Assembly: GCA_964433225.1 (NCBI GenBank)
Contig: CAYSQA010000001.1
Span: 55,598 to 119,597, forward strand
Direction: 5' to 3'
Origin: an uncultured Pseudomonadales bacterium
GTDB lineage: Bacteria > Patescibacteriota > Microgenomatia > UBA1400 > PJMF01
DNA length: 64,000 bases
A model generated the notes under the pieces. That model was not told the DNA's origin. It did not search any database and worked only from the letters and a program-made list of their open reading frames with translations. This document shows, piece by piece, positions 54,979-63,065 of the stretch. The first letter of the stretch is position 1. Each line of letters starts with the position of its first letter. The position numbers and the translations under genes are program-made.

Positions 54979-55506
54979 GTGACAAATATTTCTAATTATA
55001 TTGTTGGAAAAAATAGAGACCAATATCTTGTTGGTAATGAATTAAATGGTGGGTTTTTATTACAAATGATTGAGTTTGCCCATACTGATCAACAGATTAT
55101 AGATCACACTTCTGATACTCAACGGTTTTCTTCTCTGGAAAACGCTCAAAAGTGGTTAAAAAAAGCTTCAAAATACTTTTTTACTCTTTCCCCTATTAAA
55201 AATCGAAATCATTTAGCCGGAATCATTTGGTTTGAAAACTTGGAGTTGCCCAAAATACTAAAAGATAAATATTCTACTAGTAATTGGACCTTTGGAATTA
55301 GAATTTATCAGTTTCACCGTGGCAATGGTTTGGCACTCCCATTTATGCAAACTGCTTTCAAAAAGTTCTTGCAACAATTTCCTCATCAACCAGTTTGGTT
55401 AAGCACTCAACTTAGCAATCAAACTGCTACAAATCTTTATCAAAAATTTGGTTTTAAAAAAATCGGTGAAGTTAACAATAAGGCTTACTTTTTATATGAA
55501 TCTTAA
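54979..55506 (+). CDS. GNAT-family N-acetyltransferase
   Basis: Motif A-like HRGNGLALPFM and C-terminal YQKFGFKKIGE. GTG start. Confidence 0.65.
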   Translation: MTNISNYIVGKNRDQYLVGNELNGGFLLQMIEFAHTDQQIIDHTSDTQRFSSLENAQKWLKKASKYFFTLSPIKNRNHLAGIIWFENLELPKILKDKYSTSNWTFGIRIYQFHRGNGLALPFMQTAFKKFLQQFPHQPVWLSTQLSNQTATNLYQKFGFKKIGEVNNKAYFLYES

Positions 55507-56412
55507 TTTAATAAAAATGCTCTTTATTTTTCTTAAAAAAATTTTCCTAATATTATTTTTAAAACTTAATTCTGGATCCTTATAGACTGTTTTATCTTTT
55601 ACTTTTGCCTTTTTAAATGAGTTTTTCCTTAAAATACAAGATAAACAATTACCACATTGAGTTTCTCCCCAAATAATACAACTTCTGGTTTTTTCTAGAG
55701 GAATTTTTTGTTCTGCTCCCCATTTAATCCATTCCCACTTCTTATGAAAAAAGCCCAACTCTTTTTCCAGTGGTAAAGAGCTAATTTGCCAACTTTCATC
55801 ACCAGTTAACTCTATGGCTGCCTTCATAAATAACCTTGTCGCTGTTAGTGTTTCATCTTTCATTACCAAGCCATCATCAGGCATAAATCCTGCTAGTATT
55901 TTTCTTACTTTTTTCTTTTTCTCTATTTCCAAAAAATAACCATACTGAACAGCATAAGAAAACAAAAGATTGGAGTACATAGGAATTCCTCTTTTTTGAC
56001 CATTTTTGCCAACTAAATCATCAGAAGCAATCGTGATTGGAAATCTGATGCTAAGCGGAGGAATTGAAGCATCAAGTTTAACTACATCTTTAGAAAAACC
56101 AGGATATTTTTTCTGGAAATACGTAGAAAAAAAGTCGACAGCTTTTTCTTCAAAAGCGACTCTTCTTTGGCCACGTCTTAAAAAAAGAGGGTAAACACAA
56201 GCCTTGTATTTAATTAACAAATAAGACCAAACCAAAACGCTATCCAAACCACCAGATACAATTAAAATAACTGGCTCATTGGGTGTGGGAGCTTTAAAAA
56301 CATAACCTCTATTAACTAATAAATATTCCTCTATTTCTTCAATGAGTTTTATATTTTCAAGCTTTCTAGCAACTAAAATCTTGCTAATTAGCTTTTTGCT
56401 TTTTTTATTCAT
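55492..56412 (-). CDS. QueC-family PP-loop ATPase (7-cyano-7-deazaguanine-synthase-like), orphan with N-terminal extension
   Basis: ILIVSGGLDSVL PP-loop. RRGQRR matches the QueC YGQRH block, and IPMYSNLLFSYAVQYGY matches the QueC VPGRNILFLTLAAIYAY block. C-terminal four-Cys zinc motif (RSC...QCGNCLSCILR), as in QueC. Confidence 0.7.
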   Translation of the reverse strand: MNKKSKKLISKILVARKLENIKLIEEIEEYLLVNRGYVFKAPTPNEPVILIVSGGLDSVLVWSYLLIKYKACVYPLFLRRGQRRVAFEEKAVDFFSTYFQKKYPGFSKDVVKLDASIPPLSIRFPITIASDDLVGKNGQKRGIPMYSNLLFSYAVQYGYFLEIEKKKKVRKILAGFMPDDGLVMKDETLTATRLFMKAAIELTGDESWQISSLPLEKELGFFHKKWEWIKWGAEQKIPLEKTRSCIIWGETQCGNCLSCILRKNSFKKAKVKDKTVYKDPELSFKNNIRKIFLRKIKSIFIKLRFI

Positions 56413-57038
56413 TTATATTTAAACTTTTTCAAGACTATTTGTTGCCACCAATCGTTCATATTTCTATTTACAATTGTTTTCCCAATTTTTTTGCCATATG
56501 TTGTTTTTAAAGAATTTTGAAAGTAATCTAACCAACCTGATGCCGCTTTAGTCCCGTTTTCTAGCAAGTTTTTATCAGTTAACATTTCATCCAAAATATC
56601 GGCCTCATGAACAATGATTGCTTCTTTTGTTTTTCCTTCTAAAAGTTCATTAAAAATAGCTAACCATTTATTTTTGAAAGAAAAATTACTCAATTGATCA
56701 TTTAAAGCTTTAGTTTCCTGATAATCTACATAACATTTATTGATTAAGTCTAAATCTCCAATTCTAGTTTCTGGCAAGTCATGAATAAGAGCCATTATTA
56801 ATAACTTACTTAAATCTATTTTTCTCTCTCTTTCGGCCAAAATCAACGAGATCATAGTTACTCTATAACTATGATCTGATATAGTTAGGTTATTATTTTT
56901 AACCTGACTTCTCTTAACTTTGCTTAGGTAAGCTATCTCAAATAAAAAATCTGTTAAATTGTTTAAAGATTTATTTTGTTTGGGCTCTTTAACCTTAAAA
57001 CTTTTTGAAAAAATTTTAAAAAAAAGATTCATTTTCAA
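56409..57038 (-). CDS. HD-domain 5'-(deoxy)nucleotidase, YfbR-like
   Basis: H (DHSYRVTMISL)...HD (ALIHDLPETRIGDLD)...D pattern, characteristic of YfbR-type HD nucleotidases. Confidence 0.65.
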   Translation of the reverse strand: MKMNLFFKIFSKSFKVKEPKQNKSLNNLTDFLFEIAYLSKVKRSQVKNNNLTISDHSYRVTMISLILAERERKIDLSKLLIMALIHDLPETRIGDLDLINKCYVDYQETKALNDQLSNFSFKNKWLAIFNELLEGKTKEAIIVHEADILDEMLTDKNLLENGTKAASGWLDYFQNSLKTTYGKKIGKTIVNRNMNDWWQQIVLKKFKYK

Positions 57039-57597
57039 TTTCCTCCAATTGATAGGGATTATATCTAATTAAGCTTTTAAAAGAATATCTATTTAAAAAA
57101 TCAAATTCATTCATACTTTGAAAGTTTTCTGGGAGTGAATTTAATATTACTGAAATTCCTTTTATTCTTCCCTTTTTTATACTTTCAATTATTTCAACCA
57201 CAGCTCTGATTTGTGATCCAGTCGCAATCCAATCATCAACCACTAAATAGTTATCTTTTTTGCTAAAAGCTAGAGGATCATTTTCTACCTCTAAGCTTTT
57301 TTTTGTTCCACTATAGTCTTTAAAGTCTTTTTTAATAACTTTAAACCTTGGTTTATAATCTATTTTTTCTATATTTCCACTTTTTCTAATCATCACTAAA
57401 CCACAATTAAGCTCTTTAGCAATGCCTCCTGCTAAAATAAAACCTCTAGATTCAATCCCAACAACTTTTGTGATTTTTTTATTTCTAAACTCATCTGCCA
57501 TTAATTTAATAATCATTGGAAAAACCTTTTTATCACTATATGGTAAATAAATTGACTGTTTATGAAGTTTTAGAAAAAGGTTAAGAATTTTATTCAT
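57016..57597 (-). CDS. type I phosphoribosyltransferase, adenine-PRTase-like
   Basis: PRPP-binding motif YLVVDDWIATGSQIRA. Hood region VVGIESRGFILAGGIAKELNCGLVMIRKSG resembles Apt. Confidence 0.7.
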   Translation of the reverse strand: MNKILNLFLKLHKQSIYLPYSDKKVFPMIIKLMADEFRNKKITKVVGIESRGFILAGGIAKELNCGLVMIRKSGNIEKIDYKPRFKVIKKDFKDYSGTKKSLEVENDPLAFSKKDNYLVVDDWIATGSQIRAVVEIIESIKKGRIKGISVILNSLPENFQSMNEFDFLNRYSFKSLIRYNPYQLEEIENESFF

Positions 57598-58306
57598 TTA
57601 AAATTTCCATGGCTAGTTTTGTGGCTTTTTTAATACTAATCTTTAAGTCTTTCTTATCACAAAAAACAACTTGTTGTTTGTTTTCTAGCCATTTATCAGA
57701 AACTACCAAAATACCCAAAGCTTTAAAACTCAACTTTTGTGAAAGAGCGTACAAACTACTCATTTCCATATCAATACCAATTACTCTTTTCTTTAACAAA
57801 AATCTAATATCACTTTTCAAGTCAGGATTATAAAAAGTATCAGTAGAAGAAGTAGTGCCGACAGCACTAAAAAAAAATTTATTTTTTACCAATTTGATCA
57901 TGTTGCTATCTATATATTTACATCCAAAAATGCCTCTAGCTAAGTATTTTAATCCCGTCCCATCTTTAATATAAACTCTATTAACTAATAAAATTTCTCC
58001 TAAATCTAACTTTGAAATCGAAAAACAAGTTCCGACTTTGATAACTTGTTTTACACCTAACTTCAAGAGTTCATGTATGACTATGGCAATAGAAGGGCCA
58101 CCCATACCAGTTGTTTGAACAAAATATTTTTTTCCTTGATAAAAACCAGAATAGGCCATTAAACCTCTAGATTCGTTTAGTTTTCTTACTCTTTTAAAAA
58201 AACTATCAGCTATAAACTTTGCCCTATTTGGATCACCAACCAAAATTCCTCTGGATGGATACTGACCTAAAGGGTCTAAATGAAAAACTTTAGTACTAAT
58301 AGCCAT
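57590..58306 (-). CDS. purine/uridine nucleoside phosphorylase (PNP/UDP family, DeoD/MTAP-like)
   Basis: GDPNRAKFIA, GMGGPSIAIVIHELLKLGVKQVIKVGTC, IDMEMSSLYA blocks. Confidence 0.75.
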   Translation of the reverse strand: MAISTKVFHLDPLGQYPSRGILVGDPNRAKFIADSFFKRVRKLNESRGLMAYSGFYQGKKYFVQTTGMGGPSIAIVIHELLKLGVKQVIKVGTCFSISKLDLGEILLVNRVYIKDGTGLKYLARGIFGCKYIDSNMIKLVKNKFFFSAVGTTSSTDTFYNPDLKSDIRFLLKKRVIGIDMEMSSLYALSQKLSFKALGILVVSDKWLENKQQVVFCDKKDLKISIKKATKLAMEILNE

Positions 58307-58308
58307 AA

Positions 58309-58812
58309 TTAAGTTTTCAAAATTTTTTCAATAATTTTAGTAGAGGAAAATATCTTTGGAGATTGGTCTTCGATCACTTTTAAACTAAACTTTCTTGATA
58401 AATCATTCTTTCTTTGTTTTGCTACTTCACCTAATTGATGAATAACCAAAAAATTTGGTGAAACCTTAGCGATAATGTTTACTAACATTTTATCTGCTTC
58501 ATCTGAATTAAATTTAACCACCTCTTTGATTGGAAAAATTACATCAATACTTTGTAGCTCACTCAATACATTAATTCTTTTTTCTAGACTAAAAATAGGT
58601 CTATCAAATCCCTTATTTGCTTTAACATTTTGATCATTATCAACTCCAACAACTAAATAGTCAGCTAAACTTTTAGCAAATCTGAAAAACTCAACATGAC
58701 CAATATGTAAAATGTCAAAACAACCAGTAACTAAAACAACTTTTTTATTAACCCAAATTTCATTACGAATTTTACTGATTTCTTCTAGAGTTTTTAACTT
58801 TGTTGTTTTCAT
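58309..58812 (-). CDS. small cytidylyltransferase-fold nucleotidyltransferase (paralogue of the 26196 gene)
   Basis: VVLVTGCFDILHIGHVEFF (GxFDxxHxGH). 167 aa. Confidence 0.65.
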   Translation of the reverse strand: MKTTKLKTLEEISKIRNEIWVNKKVVLVTGCFDILHIGHVEFFRFAKSLADYLVVGVDNDQNVKANKGFDRPIFSLEKRINVLSELQSIDVIFPIKEVVKFNSDEADKMLVNIIAKVSPNFLVIHQLGEVAKQRKNDLSRKFSLKVIEDQSPKIFSSTKIIEKILKT

Positions 58813-58886
58813 TTTAACCTACAAGTAGTTATTGATTATATATTTAAGTCATAAATTATCCATGTTTAGTTGTTAAAATAGATTAT

Positions 58887-59753
58887 ATGAACTGGATAAT
58901 CGCTAGTGGGCTAATGTTCCTATCCTCAGTCATTACCTACTTATTCGTGAGGTTGGCTAATAACCAAAACATAGATAACTCTTTCAAGAATTTAGCTATG
59001 TTTTTGATCCCTGTCATAATTTATTTGGGAATCTCTGCCAGGCAGCTAGAAACTCTTAAGGTCACTGGTTATCAACTGTTAGTGATCATAATCATGTCAA
59101 TTTTCTTTTCTTACTTGGGCAATAAACTATCATTGAAAAGTATTGAATTGGCTCCAAACCCCGGCTTCAGTTTGGTTGTTTCCAAAAGTTATGTAGTTTT
59201 TACCACTCTAGCCGCTATCTTTCTTTTCAACTCACCACTCTCAATAAAAGCTGCTCTAGCTATTGGTTTAATTATTGTTGGCTCTGCCTTAATTATGGTT
59301 GAAAAGAAAAAAAATAACCAAGAACAGAATAATCTCACCTGGTTCTGGTTAGCTTTAGGCGCTTTTTTTTGCTGGGGTATGTTAGCCCTAACTTCAAAAT
59401 ATTTACTAGATTTGGGAGTTTCGATTTTGGGTAGATTAATTTACTCCATGATTATCGTTTCTGGAATCATTTTTGTTGAAATTTATCAAAAAAAAGTAAA
59501 CTTAAAAATTACAAGAAAACAACTACTTACATTGATAACCATTGGCATTTTTGGTGCCGGATTTAACTACTTTATGCAACTAGCCTATCAACTAACTCCC
59601 AATATTGGTTACGTTAATGCGCTCAATGCCTCATCGATTGCCGCCGTCACTTTATTATCTGGGTTGATTTTTAAAGATGAGCTAAAAATTAGAAAACTAC
59701 TTGGAGTAGGAGTGGTTATTTCAGGCATGATCTTATTAGTCCTTACAAAGTGA
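58887..59753 (+). CDS. DMT-superfamily (EamA-like) 10-TM transporter
   Basis: 288 aa with two EamA-like halves of five helices each. Divergent from the nucleoside-enzyme operon. Confidence 0.65.
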   Translation: MNWIIASGLMFLSSVITYLFVRLANNQNIDNSFKNLAMFLIPVIIYLGISARQLETLKVTGYQLLVIIIMSIFFSYLGNKLSLKSIELAPNPGFSLVVSKSYVVFTTLAAIFLFNSPLSIKAALAIGLIIVGSALIMVEKKKNNQEQNNLTWFWLALGAFFCWGMLALTSKYLLDLGVSILGRLIYSMIIVSGIIFVEIYQKKVNLKITRKQLLTLITIGIFGAGFNYFMQLAYQLTPNIGYVNALNASSIAAVTLLSGLIFKDELKIRKLLGVGVVISGMILLVLTK

Positions 59754-59794
59754 CAGCCCGCCTAACTCCAGGTACAATGGCTGTTATCTAGATT

Positions 59795-60982
59795 ATGAAC
59801 AACCCAGAAACAATGACTTCAAACATTTCTCAAGATAATAAAGTTAGTAACTTTATTAAAATTCCATCTCTGGGTACGATCGCTTCTGCTTTGGCAATTA
59901 TTTTTTTAGTTTATGCTTTTTTCTCTGGAATTTTGCATCAATTCTATGCTAGCTTTTTGTTTTTCTTTTACTCATTCACCAATAGAATGTGGATTTCGGT
60001 GATGATGCTAGGTATTTTTCAAACATTATTAATGATCCCATTCAGAGTAATTAGAATTGCCAAATCAAATAATATTCAAGAGTTTCAACACACAGTAGAA
60101 AAACTTAAGAAAGATTCAGAACAAACTTTTGTTTTAAAGAAAAAATTCCGTCAAGGTAATCCAACTTTTTTATTCTATGCCGTTGATTTTGTTATGCAGA
60201 TTGTCTCATATGTTTCACTTGGTCGATTGTTCTTAACAGACTTTTACGCTAATAAAATCAATCCCAACCACCTTTATAGCTGGGTTGAATATCCCAATTA
60301 CCCCATCCAAGACACTTGGTTTAAAATTCCCTATCCTTATGTTACTGAAACTGTTGATTTTGGCTGGAAAGTAGTTGTCCCAGTTTGGATTGCCTTAGTA
60401 GTAATCCAATTGATTATTATTATCTTCAAAAGAGCTAGTAAAAACAAACCAGTAGTTGATCCAGCAGAACAAACCCAAGAAGAACAAAAATTCAACGAAG
60501 TTACCGAAAAAATCAATAAATACACGACTGGCTATCTACTCTTATTCATGTTGGTGGCTTGGTTTTTGGTTAGAAGTTTCCCCGTGGGGTGGCAAATTAA
60601 TATTTTCAGTGGTGATGTTTCTATTCCCAACAGAACTTTTAATACCGTAACAGCAATAGCCACTTTTATTACTATGATGTGGCATGGCATCCCTAGGATT
60701 GTGAGGAAAGGCGCTTTAGCAGAAAAACTAGGCATCCCAACCAAGATTATTGAAAAAACTCAAAAACAAATGTTTAAAGACTCTCTATTTACCGCTACTT
60801 TGGTTGGCTTAGGTGCATTTTTTATTACTAACCAAATTCCCAGTGCCTTTGAGTTATCGATTTTTACCCTTGAGGTTATCTCTCTTTTGTCTCCTTTTAC
60901 TCTAGACAAAGTGGTGCTGGGTAGTTTGTCGGTCAAGAAAAACGAAGTCACAGAAGAAGAAGTGAAAAAACAATTTAAGTAA
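59795..60982 (+). CDS. yidC: YidC/Oxa1-family membrane protein insertase (short, Gram-positive type)
   Basis: WISVMMLGIFQTLLMIPFRV...LKKDSEQ...FRQGNPTFLFYAVDFVMQIVSYVSLGRLF matches the YidC core (TM2/TM3, LYK..NP..GCLP..Q.PI..ALY pattern). Confidence 0.6.
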   Translation: MNNPETMTSNISQDNKVSNFIKIPSLGTIASALAIIFLVYAFFSGILHQFYASFLFFFYSFTNRMWISVMMLGIFQTLLMIPFRVIRIAKSNNIQEFQHTVEKLKKDSEQTFVLKKKFRQGNPTFLFYAVDFVMQIVSYVSLGRLFLTDFYANKINPNHLYSWVEYPNYPIQDTWFKIPYPYVTETVDFGWKVVVPVWIALVVIQLIIIIFKRASKNKPVVDPAEQTQEEQKFNEVTEKINKYTTGYLLLFMLVAWFLVRSFPVGWQINIFSGDVSIPNRTFNTVTAIATFITMMWHGIPRIVRKGALAEKLGIPTKIIEKTQKQMFKDSLFTATLVGLGAFFITNQIPSAFELSIFTLEVISLLSPFTLDKVVLGSLSVKKNEVTEEEVKKQFK

Positions 60983-60993
60983 AAAAATTAGAT

Positions 60994-61137
60994 ATGTTTA
61001 AAGATTTGTGGTTTTTTTTAATGGAAAACAAAAAATGGTGGCTTATTCCACCAGTAATTATTTTTACTATCTTTGGTTTATTAATTGTTTTTTCATCATC
61101 TAATGCAGTGAGCCCTTTTATTTATATGATATTTTAG
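60994..61137 (+). CDS. small membrane protein (47 aa), resembling the conserved short ORFs found upstream of NodU/CmcH carbamoyltransferases (DUF5989-like)
   Basis: MFKDLWFFLMENKKWWLIPPVIIFTIFGLLIVFSSSNAVSPFIYMIF. Below the 60-aa cutoff of the ORF track. Family assignment from memory, unverified. Confidence 0.45.
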   Translation: MFKDLWFFLMENKKWWLIPPVIIFTIFGLLIVFSSSNAVSPFIYMIF

Positions 61138-61141
61138 TAAC

Positions 61142-61357
61142 ATGATCTTTTTGACAAAAATAAAAATAGTCATAAAAAATATCCAGTTAATAGTATTTAA
61201 AATACTAAATATTGTTTCCTCACTGGCTTTTTACTTTCTGGGGATTGGTTTCACCAAAATTTTTGCAGTTATTTTTAGAAAGAAATTTTTAGAAAAGTCA
61301 TTTTCAGCTTCTGCTTGGAAAAAATCGAGTAACTTTATCCTGGAAAAACAATATTAA
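61142..61357 (+). CDS. small hypothetical membrane protein (71 aa)
   Basis: Hydrophobic core. Lies between the 47-aa ORF and the carbamoyltransferase gene (1-nt spacer). Confidence 0.4.
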   Translation: MIFLTKIKIVIKNIQLIVFKILNIVSSLAFYFLGIGFTKIFAVIFRKKFLEKSFSASAWKKSSNFILEKQY

Positions 61358-61358
61358 T

Positions 61359-63065
61359 ATGAATATTCTTGGAATTTCTTGTTATTACCATGATTCGGCA
61401 GCTTGCTTAATAACAGATGGATTAATCAAAGCGGCTGTTGCCGAAGAGAGATTCACTAGAAAAAAACATGATAATAGTTTCCCTTTTAAAGCTATTGACT
61501 ATTGCTTAAAAGAATTTAAAAAATCAATTAATGAGCTAGACGCTATAGTTTTTTATGAAAAACCCATTATTAAATTTGAAAGAATAATTCATCAACATTT
61601 AGAAAATTTTCCTAAAAGTCTTCCTGCTGCTATAGAATCAATTCCTCAATGGTTTGATCAAAAACTTAGAATAGAAAAAATTTTGAAAGAAAAACTAAAT
61701 TACTATGGAAAAATATATTACTCATCACACCACTTGTCTCACGCTGCTAGTGCTTACTATTTATCAGGATTTGAAAAATCTGTAATTTTAACCATTGATG
61801 GTGTCGGAGAATGGGCAACTACCACATTGGGAGTTGGCAAAAACAAAAATATTAAAATTGACCAAGAAATTAATTTTCCTCACTCTCTTGGCTTACTTTA
61901 TAGCACTCTTACTACTTATCTTGGTTTTTCTGCCAATGATGCTGAATATAAGGTAATGGGTTTGGCTGCTTATGGAAATCCAGATAAATACATGGATAAA
62001 TTTGATCAATTGATAACTCAATTTCCTGATGGTAGCTACCAGCTAAATCAAAAATATTTTGATTTTGATTGGTCCAATAAAAAAATGTACTCCAAAAAAC
62101 TTGTTAAGCTATTTGGTCATAAGCCTAGAAAACCAGAGAGTCATGCTTACAAGTATCACCAAGACATTGCTGCTTCACTGCAAAAAAAACTTGAAGAAAT
62201 AGTGATTAATCTGTTGAACCAAGCTTATAAAAAATACAAGTTACCGAATCTTTGTTTATCTGGTGGAGTTGCCTTAAATTCTGTCTTGAATGGAAAAATA
62301 CTTACATCAACTCCATTTAAAAGGTTGTATATCCCGCCTGATCCTGGAGATGCTGGTGGAGCCATGGGAGCAGCCCTTTATTTGGCCGCTCAAAAAGACA
62401 AACACCTCATTCAATGGAAAAAATTCACTCCATATTTGGGACCAGAATATGCTTGGTATGAGGTACAAAAAACCCTCAAAAAAATGAATATTGCTTACAC
62501 CTTTTATCCAAATAAGGACAAGTTGATTAAAAGTGTTGCAAAAAAACTAAAAAAGCAAAAAATCATTGGCTGGTTTCAAGGAAAAATGGAATGGGGCCCA
62601 AGGGCTCTAGGTAACAGAAGTATTTTGGCTTCTGCCACAAATATTAAGATGAGAGATATTATTAATAAAAAGGTTAAACACAGAGAGCTTTTCCGTCCTT
62701 TTGCCCCGGTAATCTTGGAAGACCACATTAATAAATACTTCGAAGCAGATCAAAACTTGCCTGTTTCTGCCAGATATATGCTCATGGTCTACCCTTTTAA
62801 AAATATTGGCTATAAACAAGTTCCTGCAGTTGTTCATGTTGATGGTAGTGGCAGGCTCCAAACTTTAACCAAAAAAGACAATCCCTGGTACTACTCTCTT
62901 ATTGAAGAATACGAAAAACTAACTCAAGTGCCGATTATCATTAATACTTCATTTAATGTACGCGGGGAACCAATAGTTTGTAGCCCCAAAGATGCTATAA
63001 ACTGCTTTTTACATACAGATATAGACTATTTGGTCATTGATCAATTTATTTGTAGAAAGAAATAG
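61359..63065 (+). CDS. carbamoyltransferase, NodU/CmcH (HypF-like) family
   Basis: N-terminal ILGISCYYHDSAACLI...ERFTRKKHD signature. 568 aa. Confidence 0.85.
   Translation: MNILGISCYYHDSAACLITDGLIKAAVAEERFTRKKHDNSFPFKAIDYCLKEFKKSINELDAIVFYEKPIIKFERIIHQHLENFPKSLPAAIESIPQWFDQKLRIEKILKEKLNYYGKIYYSSHHLSHAASAYYLSGFEKSVILTIDGVGEWATTTLGVGKNKNIKIDQEINFPHSLGLLYSTLTTYLGFSANDAEYKVMGLAAYGNPDKYMDKFDQLITQFPDGSYQLNQKYFDFDWSNKKMYSKKLVKLFGHKPRKPESHAYKYHQDIAASLQKKLEEIVINLLNQAYKKYKLPNLCLSGGVALNSVLNGKILTSTPFKRLYIPPDPGDAGGAMGAALYLAAQKDKHLIQWKKFTPYLGPEYAWYEVQKTLKKMNIAYTFYPNKDKLIKSVAKKLKKQKIIGWFQGKMEWGPRALGNRSILASATNIKMRDIINKKVKHRELFRPFAPVILEDHINKYFEADQNLPVSARYMLMVYPFKNIGYKQVPAVVHVDGSGRLQTLTKKDNPWYYSLIEEYEKLTQVPIIINTSFNVRGEPIVCSPKDAINCFLHTDIDYLVIDQFICRKK

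Noticed and set aside
55492-58812. Considered calling the AT-rich operon a prophage or integrative element
   Set aside because: No integrase, recombinase, transposase, phage structural genes or flanking direct repeats are visible. Only the compositional shift and the synteny break support foreign origin. It is therefore reported as an island-like operon, not a mobile element.
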